Assembly: GCF_006345805.1 (NCBI RefSeq)
Contig: NC_042998.1
Span: 42,036,001-42,100,000, forward strand
DNA length: 64,000 nucleotides
DNA from: Octopus sinensis
Lineage: Eukaryota
Direction of reading: 5' to 3'
How positions within the stretch are numbered: position 1 is the first letter of the stretch; each line of letters starts with the position of its first letter. The position numbers and the translations under genes were made by a program. Of this stretch, positions 62,755-64,000 are shown piece by piece. The notes under the pieces were generated by a model. The model did not search any database, was not told where the DNA came from, and saw nothing but the letters and a program-made list of their open reading frames with translations.

Positions 62755-63614
62755 TAGTTGAGAGGTCTTTGTTCTCTATTAGGGTGCAAGAATCTACAAA
62801 ATAAAAACATCTGATGGCTTGCTGTTCAACATGATAGCAGTGGCCAACCAAACCTACCGTTTGTTGAGCAATATTACTAGACATTGGTGTAATGTCTCCA
62901 TACAACTCCTCTTTGGTCATGTGTGCACTCCATAAGATGTTATTATGTTATATGTAAACACATACACACACACACAGTACTCAATAGTGAATGTTGAGTA
63001 TATAATTTATAAGTTGAAACTTCACTATTCTTGGAATTTTTAATTAATTGATACATTGTTTCATAGAAGACTATCCAATTTGCTTAGTATTATCAAGCTA
63101 GTCCACTAAATAGCTATTTTTTCACAGTATCCAAGAGAAATTTGACCTGTGTGAAAGGCTGTTATAAGCTCATCTTGGTTGTAATGTTAATTTCTAACAT
63201 AGACACAAAGTTTCAAATTGAGTGGGAGTGTACAGTCAATTATTATTGACCCTGGTTTATGACTGGCACTTATTTAGTTGATGCCAGAAAATTGAGTGTC
63301 TAAGCTGACTTTTATGGAATTCAAAATCAGAATGCAATGAGCAGCAACAACACTTCACAAGGCCTTTTGTTTCACTGTAACATTCCTATGTGATAGTAAG
63401 AGCATTAGTTCTATTTCTGATTGATTTGCAAGGTGTACTATATATATTTTAAGTAAATACATTTACCACCAAATAGCTGCATCATTGTAAATGAAATTAT
63501 GAAAGAACATTTTTACTGTATCTATTACTAGTAGTTTCTAGAATATGGACAAATATAGCAAGCTGTTGTCTTTTAGGTTTTTGAAAAGATTTTAATATAA
63601 AACTTAAACCAACT

Positions 63615-64000
63615 GAAACCTGAGTGTCTTTTTGGTCAGCTGAAAGCAGTTTTGGCACAAACTTGGCAGACACACATCTCATACCCAAATTATGAAGAGA
63701 CACAAAATTAAATGTTTACTTTTGTAAAATTAGTTGTACAGTTGGTATCATTGCTGATTGATTACCTAACTTGTTTTCTGGGATAATTAGCAGCTGCCTC
63801 ATCACATTCACTTTGATTTCCTTGACGTCCTGAAATTTTATTCCTTTCAAGTGAGATTTGATTTTTGGAAAGAGTACAAAGTCACAAGTGGTGAGATCTG
63901 GGTAATATGGTGGCTGTCAGACCTGGGGAAAGTTGTGCCTAGCCAAAAACTGCTCCACAAGCTGCACTGAATGACCAGGTGCATTGTCATAGTGCAATTG
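63615..64000 (-). mobile_element. Mariner fragments of a different subfamily, rearranged; runs off the window
   Basis: 64000-63770 reads LHYDNAPGH...PPYYPDLTTCDFVLFPKIKSHLKG; 63700-63620 reads LGMRCVSAKFVPKLLSADQK. Confidence 0.75.

Noticed and set aside
62800-62930. LINE-like peptide TKEELYGDITPMS...LVGHCYH on the minus strand
   Set aside because: Probably a LINE remnant, but too short to assign, so it is not listed as a feature.

Overview
AT-rich, microsatellite- and SINE-dense animal genomic DNA. The repeat families and intron sizes look like an octopus/coleoid cephalopod; this is an inference. The window holds the 5' part of a + strand voltage-gated calcium channel beta subunit gene (CACNB/Ca-beta). 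Four core exons (28806-28922, 42834-42956, 50585-50718, 52502-52563) have canonical AG/GT sites and matching phases. They encode the N-terminal helix, the SH3 strands and the start of the HOOK region; the guanylate-kinase exons lie beyond the window. A probable N-terminal exon (24935-25030, MEQRLPSIIGEE...) supplies the Met that the core exons lack, and a further candidate upstream exon lies at about 17.9 kb. The remainder is intronic or intergenic: several tRNA-derived SINE families, R4/Dong fragments in (TAA)n tracts, RTE and Penelope fragments, Helitron remnants, a hAT MITE and four mariner copies. Most ORFs in the supplied track are microsatellite artefacts. The most notable observations are: (i) a ~737-nt foldback hairpin inside a CACNB intron and a ~200-bp palindrome, both starting at the same point of a shared repeat; (ii) Penelope-type minimal hammerhead-ribozyme motifs, one in a tRNA-headed SINE; (iii) alternative N-terminal exons; (iv) CACNB codons that A-to-I editing would convert back to family-consensus residues; (v) two short templated insertions next to the same SINE hairpin. 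All alignments were done by eye, and element boundaries other than exons, TIRs and TSDs are approximate.
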